Positions 39,701 through 51,626 of a stretch of DNA of 64,000 bases are shown piece by piece. The stretch is taken from assembly GCA_016748015.1 (NCBI GenBank), contig JAAOMT010000193.1, forward strand, positions 222,205-286,204. Direction: 5' to 3'. Position numbers and translations under genes: made by a program. Below the pieces are notes generated by a model that did no database searches, was not told where the DNA came from, and was given only the letters and a program-made list of their open reading frames with translations. The number at the start of each line of letters is the position of its first letter. The stretch's first letter is position 1. The DNA comes from Geosiphon pyriformis uo1. Its lineage: Eukaryota; Fungi; Glomeromycota.

Positions 39701-41230
39701 ATAAGCATAAAAAGTTCCAATATTGAGCACTTTGTTAACTACAATTTTAATATCAAAAACTTTTAACAGTTAAATAAATTTCTAAAATTATTGAATAAAG
39801 TGTAAAAATATTGTTAAAATAACATTAATAAAATATGAAAATATTAAGCATATACTTATTTGAAACTAAAGTTACATATTAATCTGTATTATTAATTAAT
39901 TAATGTAATTAAAAATTAGAGCCTATATAAAATATTAAAACAACCAAATTTTTATTCAATATGTAATATAATAATAAACATTATTTTTTATATTATTTTA
40001 TATTACAAGTTATTTTTTTTAATAAAATTTTTAATTAAAAAAAAAAAAATATTTTGATGGTATAATTAATGCTAAAAATGCAGTTATAAATTCTTACTTT
40101 ATTAGCTCAAGTTAAATTTACTCAAATAATTTTAGCAAATCAAATTTATAGTATATTAATTATTAATATTAATATTTTTAATATTGTTAAGCTATATTAA
40201 TTACTATTGATAACATTAATTTGAAAAATAATTATACTTAGTTTTGTACATTAAAAAATTTTAAATATTTTAATATTTATAATTACAATAATTAATTTGC
40301 CAACTTATTATTTATATTTCTTCAAAATAACTCCATATTAATATTGATGCAAAAACTTTAATATATTATTAAAATTCAAATTTTTAAACTAAAAAATATT
40401 ACAAAATTTTCAATCTTTTTAAATGGACCAAAATAAATACCAGGTTAAAAATCAGTGACTTTTAACATAAATAACAAATAATATGCTTTTAACTTGAAAT
40501 ATAATTCAAGAAAAAGCATATGTCCCTTTGGCAAATATATTCGAAAATTAAAAAAAAAGCTAAATATCTCATTTATTTTGATAAATCCAATCTTAGACAA
40601 AATCAATTAACATAGCAAATCTAAAATAAAATATTTCAGATTTGACATTGATAAATTATATTTCAATAAAAACATAATCCAAAACTTAAAATTAGAAACC
40701 TAAATATTGATTTGTTTAATAATTATATAAAACTTAAAAAATAATGCAACTTTTTATGCATATATTTTTTTTTTAAATATTAATGATCATGAGCATCAGT
40801 TAATATCTAAATTAAATAACTATATCATTTATCTATTCCGTTTCTTAAAAAATAAAAAAACGTTTTTTTGAGAGTATTTTCTCATATACTATTTTTTTGC
40901 AAAAAAGAAAATGGGGAATAAAAAAAACTTAACTTTCCATATTAAAAACAAATTGCATATTCTTCCTTGGACTCCTCAAAATTTACTTTTTATTCAGAAT
41001 TTGTAATTTATAATAAAACATAATTACAAAGTTCATTAATATGTTTCAAGTAGTAATTGTATTAAAAGAAAAATCAAATAACAATTGAAAATTTAGATGA
41101 TTATTATATAAAAAATAAATTATATTAATAAATAGATATTTTGATTTAAACTTTGTAATTTTCAACAGAATTGTTATTATTTTTAATTATCTCAATTATG
41201 TTAAGTTCATAAAATAAATCATTTTAAGTG
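33750..41230. other. Extremely AT-rich desert, probably terminally eroded repeats
   Basis: No ORF in the provided track and almost no C/G. The origin cannot be identified by eye. Confidence 0.6.
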
Positions 41231-41239
41231 TTATTTATA

Positions 41240-43471
41240 CAGTCAGACCTTTATAAAAGAACACAGTTGAAACATTTAAGTCATGTTCGATTATAGAAGT
41301 GTTCTATTATAGAGTTTTATAATAATTATCAAATATACTATATTTATTTATTAAATCAATCAATTATTATTATTATTATTAAAATATTGATTAATTGTAA
41401 CCTGTTTTTTAGAGTTTTCCTTCATTTTTTTGTATTCATGTAATTTTTTTCTAAGTAAATTTTGGTTTTTTATACTAAAATTTTCTTCTGCTAATTGCTC
41501 TTCAAATCTAATTACCTTTTTTAATGCTTCATATGCTTCTGTAATTGTAATTATAGCAGGTGGAAATTCTTCTAATTCTTCTTCCGAGTAATTAATTGTA
41601 TTAGTTTCAATTTGAGCATCGGCTAAAACCATATATAATTTTTTATTATTATCAAGAATATTTTCAGTTGCCAATAATTCATCAACTGCTACAGTATAAT
41701 CTTCGAGATTTTTGACCAATTATTGTGTATTTAATGGTAAATTGTTGAATATATCCATAGCAATTAATGTTTCAGATTCTTGAATATAGAAAAGAATATC
41801 CGTTTTTTGCCAACAGTTTTGAATTGTAACAGGTGTTACTTGAAACCATTGAACAACATAATCAATTGCTTGTTTTATGTTTAATTTATTTTTAAAAAAT
41901 AAATTAATATTAAATAAAATTATATAATATATAATGATAATAATATTGTATATATTATATTACTTAACTGTGCAATATTAATTTTTTGTTCAAATTGATG
42001 TAAAATATGTTGACAATATAAGTGCTTATATTTGCTTTTGAAAGATTTGATAATACCAGCATTCATTGGTTAAAGATTTGATGTAGTATTTGGAGGAAAA
42101 TAGTACAAAGTAATATTGGTCAATTGGAATGAATCTTCTCTGATTTGAGTATGATGAGAAGTTGCATTATTAACCAAAAATAACATATGCTGATTTTGAA
42201 TTTGAAAGCCTTCATTTATATATTTGAGCCATGCTTTTCATATATTTAAGCACATTCATGCTTTGGAATTGAATTTGTAAATCACAGGTAGGTTAGAAGT
42301 ATTAATTCCTTTAAAGCATCTTGGATTTTTTGCATGTCCAATTACTAAAGGTTGCAATTTGTGAGATCCAGTTGAATTTGTAGCAAGAAAAATTGTAATC
42401 CGAGATTTATCCTATAAAAAACCCAATTAATTTAATATAATAATAATATATAATGATAACAATTGGTAAATATAATATACTAAATTTTTTTCTGCATTTT
42501 GACATTTTGCAAGTGTTTGATTTGGTTCCATATAAAAAAATAATTCTGTTTCATAGTATTATATATGTTAGTAGGATGAAATTCGGATATAATGGTTTTT
42601 AATTTTTTTCATTCTTCTGGTAAACTTTCAGTTGATACATTTCCTGCTTTGCTATGAAATCGGTAAACACGTAACTGGTTTCATTTTTTGAATTTTTGAA
42701 CCCATCCATTTGAGAATTGCATTTCATTTTTGTGTATACCAAGAAGTTTGGCAAATTTTTTTCCTTTCTCTTTAATTAATTGATCATTGAATTCAATAGT
42801 GGCTGCAGTTACTTGTTCTACCCAATAACTTAAAGCTTGGTCTAATAATAGAAATTTAACGCTTTTGTGTCAAATAGATCTTTCTGAGATTTCATCAATT
42901 TCAATATTCAACCACTTTGTATGCTCTTTGATTATCTTGGAGACAGTTGGACGAGATATATGAAGTTCTGGATATTTATGATTGAAGTAAGCTACAATAT
43001 CATCATGTTTCATGCCATAGTAATTTTTGGAATATTGACAAATTTCTTTATGAAGAGCATCATTAACTGCTGCTTGTTTTTGTTTTTTGAATAAAGATTC
43101 TGACATTGTGATAATTTAGCAAGGCTGTTAGAAATTGTGCCTAAAACAATAATGTTAGATTTGGTTTTAGCAAGCCTGAATTGAAATACAATAGGGGCTA
43201 AGTGGTTGTACATGAAAACAGACAAGATCAAAAAGAGTAAGTCCAATGTAAATCGATTTAAAAGAAAGTTAGGATGAAATCTAGCATGTGATATTTGTTC
43301 TTATATGAAGGTAAATTTCGAATAAACTTTTGATAAAATTATGTTCTTGTTCCTTTATAGATTGTTCTTATACAAAAGAAAAATTGTTAATTAATCAATT
43401 GGTTCTATAAAATAATTTTCTTTGTAGGAGATTGTTCTTTTATCAAGGGTTCTTTTATGGAGTTCTGACTG
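41240..43471 (-). mobile_element. pogo/Tigger-like Tc1-mariner DNA transposon
   Basis: 23-bp TIRs CAGTCAGAMCTYYATAAAAGAAC (3 mismatches), with TA on both sides (41238-39 and 43472-73). Confidence 0.93.
41360..43106 (-). pseudogene. Transposase (CENP-B-type HTH + DDE_1) with two putative introns
   Basis: SRPTVSKI, FSNGWVQKFK, DKSRIT...NSTGSHKLQPLVIG, LVNNATSH, FPPNTTSNL*PMNAGII, VTIQNCWQKT. Introns at 42412-42480 and about 41891-41963. Confidence 0.9.
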
Positions 43472-44999
43472 TATATTAAAAAATACTAAATTTTTTGTAA
43501 AAATATTATTTCATATCTCTAAATTAATTGATAGATAAAATTATATTCAAACTTTTCTAGTTTTTATTCATAATCAATTGTTATCATATGTTTAAGTGGT
43601 TTAATAAATTTTAATAAATTATAACTATATAAATAACAATAAAATAAAAAACAATAACAGTATTAATGTCTTATTTATTTGATTACAAAAAAAAGTGTTA
43701 CTAAACTTTTTTATGTTAGTTTACTCAAAAGAACTTTTAAATTATTTTTTAAACAACTAAAATAGTCTTTTTTAAAATTATATTTAAAAAGATTTAATAT
43801 TTGAATACATTTTAAACAAATTAAAATTAAAAAGTCTATTTATTGTCAAAAAATACTAAAATATTTATGTAATTTATTTATTTTTATTATTAAAATAAGT
43901 AAATTACTAATACTTAAAAAAACAGTCTTTATTTTTTGTTTAATTTAAATAGTTACAGTTTTATTATTGTTTATTAATCTCAAAAAATTTGCTTATAATA
44001 TTTAGAATATATTAAATAAATGTTTGATTATTTTTAATAAATTATATTATCTACAAATATCTAGTTATTAAATATAAAATTAAACTAATTTAAACTTTAA
44101 TTTATTAGTATTTATTTTATAACTGTTTATGTCTTTTAATTTTACACAAAATAAATTATAAAAAAATCTTATTTTAATTCAGACTATTATAAATTTTATA
44201 GTTTTTTATAATTTTAAAATTTATTATTATTTAATTGTTTCTGTTATTATAGGTTTTATACATGACTTGAAAACCAATCTTATTTTTTTATTTTTTTTTA
44301 AAGCATTTTTAACAGTTAAGTCTATTGTAAAAACAAAAAATTAAGTAAAAATATCTTAAAAACTAAAAAAATATTTTTATAGAAAATTTTTAACTTGTTA
44401 TAAACAAAAAAAATCTTGTTAGAAAAAATCATATAAAATATTTTTCTGGTTATTTTAATTAAAACAATAAGTTTAGTGTTTATTAAGATTTTTTTACTTA
44501 AAAATTTTGAAATTATAAACACTCAAGCTTTTTATTAAAATGCAAAAACAAATTTATATATTAAATACAAATTTAACAATTTTAAAAATAGTTTTAAAAC
44601 ATAATTATTGTAATATTTTCAATCTTAAACAAACTAATAGTTTTTTTATTAACAAATTTTTAATTATATCAAACATTTTATTAAAACTAATTTCAATTAT
44701 TACATTAAAAAAAATATTATTATTAATATAAATTAAAAAAAAATATTATTAAAAATATTAAAACTGTTAATAAGTTTATTAGAATTATTAAAATTAAGGT
44801 TTCAATACTAGTTTAATAAAATTTATAATAATAAAATTTAATACAATAGTTAAAAAACTAAAAACTTCTTTCTTTCCTTCGTCCAAAATTCCCAAAAAAG
44901 AGTCAAAAGTTTTTTTGAAAGAAGTTTTTTACCATTCAGTACGATAAATCAAAACCGTTTTTCGATTACGAGGCCACTGTTGGCTCTGTTATTGCTGTT

Positions 45000-46797
45000 A
45001 TGAAGAAGGCTACCAAAGTTTCTGGTTCTAAGGGTGGTTTTAAGGTGGTTGCATCGAGGAAAAAGAGAAAGGGTGGTGTATTAGCAGAGAGTGTTGATAA
45101 TAGTGAGGTTGCTAATAAAGCTTTTGGTAATCGTTCATGGGGTTCTGAGGTGGGTGATACTACTGAATCTGAGAGTATTGACATGGAGGAGGAGTGCTTA
45201 GTTAAGGAAACCAATGTTGACTATGGTGAGAATGGTGCTTTTACAGGTGGGGATCCTGATCAAATGCCTAAGAGTTTGCATGTAAAGACCAAGAAGGTGT
45301 TAGGGAAGCCTTTGGGTGTGATTGATTATGGTACTGTCGATGCGGATGGTGATGTGTTGGATGAGTCTCTTCTTCTACTGCCTTCTTTTTCAGTCAAACC
45401 GTTCATTCAGGTGCCTGTTTGCAAGTCCTTCACTTTGGATATTGATCTGGTAGTGGTGGTGGGTAAATCCTCTTAGGAAAAAGTCAATTTTGTCAGAAAA
45501 TTCTTTTCAGGTGTAAATGGTTTTGGGGGGGTCTCTACCCCCTCAAAATTTGGTGGAATCATTTGGGCTACTTTCACTTCTGAAGAGGCAATGATGACTG
45601 CAGCTAATCTGGCTAATGACCATGGTGTTGTGGTAAACACCAATCTCAAGCGCCCTGTCAACAATCATACAAATCGGGCAATTGTGCTGAAAGAAATTCC
45701 TGTGGGAACTTCTTTGGAGGCTGTGCGTACGGCTGTAGCCGAATTTGGCATCATTAAGTCGATCAAAATGCAGCTGGTGGGTTTATGGCAAAAGGTGATC
45801 ATCGAATTGGAAGATCAAGACCAGGCTGATTTTCTGGCCTCTAAGTGGTCTATCCTTATTGGGAAGAACACGATTCGGGTGGCCAGGACTGATATCGACA
45901 AACAATTATGGGATGCCAGAGATAATTTTAGGGCTTTGCTATATACTCTTCCCATGGGAACCACTGCTCATGATTTGTGAGATTTTATTGGTTCTATTGG
46001 TAAGAAAATCTGCTTCATCGATCACAATCCTGTCAGTTATTCTCGCACCCGCTGTGCCACTGTGTGTTTTAGCTTGGAAGTGGAATTAGTTAATGCAATG
46101 GCAACGACTCCAGTTATAAAGAGCTTTGGTCTCCGTTGGTCCCGTCTTTCTTTAGCTTCATGTGCAGTTTGTGAGAAATTTGGTCATACTTCTCTTGGTT
46201 GCAGAACAGTCAAGGGTGCTGGAATTGCAGGAGGCAGAAAGGCTCCCCTTTCAGTTCAGGACCAATCCAGATTGGCAAAAATTTATGCAAAGAGATCTGC
46301 GCCTATCTCTTGTCCTTTGGCTTTTGGTGGTAAAACTTGGGCATCGGTGGTTAGCGCTCCCTTTGCTCTCTCTCTCTGGTGGTAAGGCAAGTTCTGGTTC
46401 CGTCGTCGATGGTAAACCTACTCCTCCTGTTGCAAAAGATCTGGAGAAAAGGCTGGTCAGTATCGAGAATGGTCTTGTTACTCTCGCAAAACAAATTGAT
46501 GGGTTGGCCAAGAGGTTAGATTTGCTTGTGCCGGTGGTTTCCCAGCCTGGTCACAGATGCTGGCTGCCAGTGGTCGCCACGCCACAGAATTCGGGAAGTA
46601 ATGTAACATTGAATATGAACTTGAGTATGGCTGATGGCCATGAGTCTGCCACGATTGTGGACTCATCCACGTCCCCCCATGTTGTCAAGTTGGAAAATAT
46701 GTTGGAGGGTCTCTCCAAATCTGTGTTGATCTTGTCCGCTCGTTTCGATAGTCTGGCTTTGGCTGGTGGTGTGAACTTCCAATCCCTCTCCCAATGA
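45000..46797 (+). pseudogene. LINE ORF1 (RRM-like region, CCHC knuckle, coiled coil)
   Basis: CAVCEKFGHTSLGC knuckle. Stops at 45474 and 45978, and a frameshift near the CT run at about 46370. Confidence 0.9.
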
Positions 46798-49700
46798 GTG
46801 AATTAGTATGGAAAGTCACTACATGTAATGTTAGAGGAATGAACAACCCTGCGAAGCAGAGTGATGTCATTCATTGGCATAAGAACATGGACAATTCAAT
46901 TTCGATTTTTACTGAAACTAAGTTAAAAGGTAAGGTTCGACCCTGGATCATTAACAAGTTTGATGGGGTTCGGGTGTTTACTACTGGTTTGGATTCTGGG
47001 TATCTGGGTGCTGGTGTGGCAGTGGTTATGGACACTTCTTTGGCGAGACATGTATGCAAGGTGTCTGAGGTCCCAGGTTGGTTGTTGTCTATCAAGTTAC
47101 TTTTCAAGAACAGGCTCTCTGTGTCAATTTTGGGACTGTACGCTGGTGCTTCTTCAGCAGTCTGGTTCTCTCAGGCAGGCGAAATCAACTCTATCGTTGC
47201 AAAGGCTGTTAACGAGTCCTCCTTTGTTATCCTTGGTGGCAATTTTAATGAAGACGGCTCTCATAAGTGTGCAAGTTTCAAGAAGTGCCTTGATTTGGGA
47301 TTGATTAACTCTTTGGTCGGGAGCCCAGCTGTGAAAATGCTCACTTGGGAGAATTCTAGGGGTGTCAAAAGAACAATTGATTACGTGTTTGTCTCTCCAA
47401 ATCTGGTCAATGTGATAGTACATCATAAGGTTTCGGGTGTCAGTGAGCACTTTGACACGGATCATCAAGCTGTTTCAGTGTCTTTGGGTCTGAGTGGGCT
47501 TCTGAATATACAATTGAGCTCTTTTCGCAAGCAAGCAAACAGAGACAGATGGAAGTTTGATTTCAAGGGTGCTGATGAGAGTAAATGGATCGATTTTAAG
47601 TGTGCCACATTGGCTAATGCAACAATGTTCTCAGATGAGTTTGCTGTTTCTGTGAGGTTTTTGGATTTGGACGCAATGTGAGATGTTGTTTGCAGAATAA
47701 TGATTCTTTCGGCTAATGAAGTGTTCAAGAAAAAGTGGTTCAAGGAATTTGATGGTGTCTTTACCAAAGAGTCGTCAAGGTTCCACAAGTTGGAGCTTTT
47801 GGTTTCAAAAATTATTAAGGCATTTCGTGTAGGGTGTGCTGTGGATTTTGCTTCTCTCATGAGGTGTTGGGCTACTCTGGACAGTGTCAAGGCTTCGGTC
47901 GTTCAGGATCTGGTGGACTCTGGAGTGGAATTTGGTCGTGTTTGTTCTGCTCTTTTTGGTGCCAGGAAATCTTATCAAAAGTCCAAGCTCATTGAATCTC
48001 AGAGTGCTAAAGAAACATGCATCAAATCTGCGATAGACAAGAGGATGGAAAGCTTTGAGGTAAATAAAGGTCATACAATAAGAAGTATGTTGGAGCACCC
48101 GTTTCGTAAGATTGTGCTGGATCATTTAGTGGTTGATGACAAATTGATTTTGGAACCTGAGCAGGTCAAGTCCAAGGTTGATGCAATCATGGAAGGTTGG
48201 ACTAGGAAGTGTCGGGTGGTCGATTATGTCTCGGAGGATTGGCGCCTCTAATATTAGCCACTGGAGTATGTTTTTGACGAAGCTTTTTCTGGTGTCATGT
48301 GTTTGATTGGGTATGATGAGTTCCTTGGGATGATTTCTGATCTTCCGGAGGGTAAAGCAGCTGGTTTGTCGGGTATTTCAAATGAGCTTTGGAAACATTG
48401 TAATAGGTCAGTTTTGGATATGTTGTTGGTGCTTTTGAACTTTTGTTTGTCTAGTGAATTAGTGCCCGGCCCTTGGAAAGAAGCATGGGTCTCGATGATT
48501 CTGAAACCTTATGAGTGAGAGGGTGTTTTAATGAACACACATCCTATTGCCTTGATTGAAACAGCTCGCAAGGTTCTTTCCAAGATACTTTCAAACAGGA
48601 TTTCTTTGGCATACAGTACTTTTGACGTGCTTCGAGGGGCTAATTTCTCAGTTTTAAAGGGTACGACAATCCAGTCCCCTATTTTTGCAACTGGTTCAGT
48701 GGTCGAAGATGCTTTGAAAAAAAACAGGGAGCTATGACTGGTTCTGCAGGACATGCGGAAGGCATATGACTCAGTTGGCTGGGTGCATCTCGAGAAAAGT
48801 TTGGTCAGAATTAAGATGTGTAGCAAATTTATTTGGTTTTTTGGTGGTATTCATAGGGATCGTACCAACCGAGTCATGACTGATTTTGGACTGACAAGTG
48901 GTTACTGTGTGCATAATAGTTTGGACCAGGGAGAGGTCTTCTCTTCTCTTCTCTGGCACATATTTTATGATCCTCTTTTGTGCGAAGTCAAGAGACAGGA
49001 GAGTGTATGTGGGTATAGGTTGAACTCTCACTTTGTTTCCAAGAATGGTCGTTCCGAATCCTAGGCTGGGTTTTCTTCTTTTTTTGCTGCTGGTGCTTTT
49101 GTTGATGATACGATTTGAGTTGGTAGTAGTCAGACGGCTACTCAATATATTCTCAATGTTGCTAGTGAATTTTTTTTTATCAATGACATTTCTATTAGCA
49201 ACGACAAAATGGTAGCCATTCCTATCAATAGCAGAGTCAGCAGTCCCTCCCTGTTTATCAGTGGTTTGCCCATTTCTATTGCCAAAAAGGGAGAATCTCA
49301 CCGATATCTGGGCATTTTTCTATCGACTGAAGGTCTTTCGAAGCCTAGCTTGGCTAAGGCGCATTTGGACGTTTGCTTTTTCACCAATCTGGTGTTGAGG
49401 AAGGTGGTCTCAGATAAGCAGTTTTTGTATTTGGTGTCGGCAGTTCTGCATCCGATAGTCAGCTATAGAACTCAGTTCAGTTTTATTCCCGTTGGCATGT
49501 ACGGGAAGTGGGATGCTCTGATTCGTAAAGGTTTGAAGCTCAAGTCCGGTTTGCCATTCGATTTCCCCAATGATGTGATTTACCACCCTTCGTTTTATGG
49601 TTTGAAGTCATTTTCTCAAGTTCAATCTGAAAGCAAGATCGCTTCTCTTGTCAGTTTTGCGAACTCTGGTGGTATCTTGGGTCATTTGTTTTCCCACAGG

Positions 49701-51482
49701 TCTCATGACTTGCAAGTTCTGTGTTGGCGCCCTGTTCATCTGTTGTGTTCTCCTGTTCGTATTTGTGTCAGTGCTTCTAATAACTTTCTGGCAGGCATGG
49801 TTCGTGTTCTTGTCGATTGCAATGTGTCTCTGGGTGGCTCTTTGGTTAGTTCCTTTTGGTCTCATGATGGAGTGTCTATGTCTGAGGTTCTGGGCGAGTC
49901 AAGGTTTCTCAGGTTTCTCCCTTCCCTTTGGCAGTATGGTGTTGCCTTTGTGAATCAACTTCGTGACCGTCATGGTGCTGCCTATGATTGGTACACTTTC
50001 AAGTGGTGGAAAAGATTGAACTCCCATGGCCCAGTTCCTGAGTGGTTCAAGCATTCTGTTTTGTTTCTCAATAGTGTGAGATCTTTTTGCGATCAGTCTT
50101 TAGTTTTGGGGGATGGTAGTCCTTCAAACATTCTTGAGTCCAGTGGATTTGTGTCTATTCGTGATCGTCTCTTGGTGACTGGTGCTAGCAGCCTATCAGT
50201 GTATACAGATGGATCTCTTAGTGGTCTTGGCATGGTTGGCTGTAGAGCTGGTGCTGCTGTTTTTTTTGAGGACATTAGTTTGGGTTTGGGAGTAAGGGTA
50301 TTGGGTTTGATGTCGTCTACTTTGGCGGAATTGCAGGCTGTTGCTTTAGCTCTGGAGTGTGTTCCCCTGTCAAGCTCTGTTTGTTTGTTCTCAGATAGTC
50401 AATCGGCGTTGGATGCTTGCAGGTCGGAGTTAAATCTGGTGTGTTCCGATTTTCGTAATCAGTGTTGGGTCGAATGTTGTCATATTGTCAACGTAATTTG
50501 CAGTAAGAAGTTAAGGGTTAGCTTTCGCAAGGTGAAGGGTCATTCCAGTGTTTCGGGAAACGAGCGTGCTGATGCGATCGCTAGTGCCGCTTCTCTCTCC
50601 AATTGGTATCTTCCCCCTCGCTTGAGTGAGCACTTCTTGGCAGCTGATGGTGATGTTGTTTCTGGAAATTCAAGGCATTTTGTTCGTGATATTTATCGTT
50701 CTATTTGTCATGTGCAATGGAAGGTTGGTTCCAGTTCTGGGGTTTTGGTTGGCAGCTTGTCTTCTGAGGTTGATTGGCCCCGTTTGTCATTGGTGTGGCA
50801 TCCTGATTTGCACATGGCTGCAGGATTCACCAGCAGGTATTCGTCCAGTATGTGTACTTATTTTATGAAGTCTTTGCACCATCGGCTGCTGGTTGCTGTT
50901 CGGAAGTGCCTCTATGATAAACATTATCCTAGCATGTTGTGCTTGTATTGTGATGAGGTGGAGGTGTCGGATCATGTGTTCTCTTGCAAGGTTGACGAGT
51001 CTGTTCGGCACCAGTTGCTGAATTCTCATGTAGGGTCCTGGAAGGCGCTTTCTGGCTCATCTCACTCCTCCTCGGATATATTGCAGCTGTTGTCATCCAG
51101 TGTTTCTGATTCCTCTGTGTTTATGGCTCTTTTTAAGGGCTTTGTTTTCAATGGATGGTTTAGCAAGGCTGTTTCCATCTTTCATGACCCCAAGATTGCT
51201 GTTTTGGAGATTGTCAAGTTTGTGTACTCTCTTGGTCTTGCTTTCAGGAAGGATGTCTGGTTGATTCATGCTAAGCATCGTGCGTATATGGAGAAGAATG
51301 GACTGATCCCGCTAGATGGTTCAGCCGTCGTCTCAGTTCATGGTTTGGCTTCGAGGTTCTTTGCAGGGGTGGTTAGATTACTTGGCATTACTAGTGCTTT
51401 AGGTGTTCATTTTGGTTTTCGCAAGGCTTGCTTGTTCTTTTCAGGTATAGGTGAATCAGTGTTGGTTCATATAGCTGCGTAG
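46794..51482 (+). pseudogene. LINE ORF2: AP endonuclease, RT, RNase H, C-terminal Cys/His finger
   Basis: TCNVRG, ETKL, GGNFNE, IDYVF, TDHQAV; QDMRKAYDSV, DQGEVFS, AFVDDT; YTDGS, AELQA, SDSQS, KVKGH..GNERAD; CLYC...HVFSC. One continuous frame of 1562 codons with 7 internal stops. Confidence 0.96.
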
Positions 51483-51490
51483 TGTTGTTC

Positions 51491-51530
51491 TGATCAGCCC
51501 GAGTGGCTGGTCACGTGTAGAAAATGCATG
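51491..51530 (+). promoter_or_regulatory. Tandem stem-loops in the LINE 3'UTR (putative RT recognition signal)
   Basis: TGATCAGCC-CGAGT-GGCTGGTCA (9 bp), followed by CGTGTA-GAAAA-TGCATG (6 bp with G-U pairs). Confidence 0.65.
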
Positions 51531-51626
51531 ATTCACGCCTAGTTTAGATCAATTCCTTAATGTATAGTGCTAGGTTGTGTTTGGACCTCACTCGTTAAGC
51601 AATAATAAAAAAAAAAAAAAAAAACT

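Larger units (their letters stand above)
44867..51619 (+). mobile_element. Full-length LINE (ORF1 + APE-RT-RNaseH ORF2), the least eroded element in the window
   Basis: 5'UTR, two ORFs, 3'UTR, poly(A) and TSD AAAAACT (44860-66 / 51620-26). Confidence 0.96.

Noticed and set aside
44966-51278. Many antisense and alternate-frame ORFs over the LINE
   Set aside because: Shadow ORFs of a GC-richer coding region, with no motifs.
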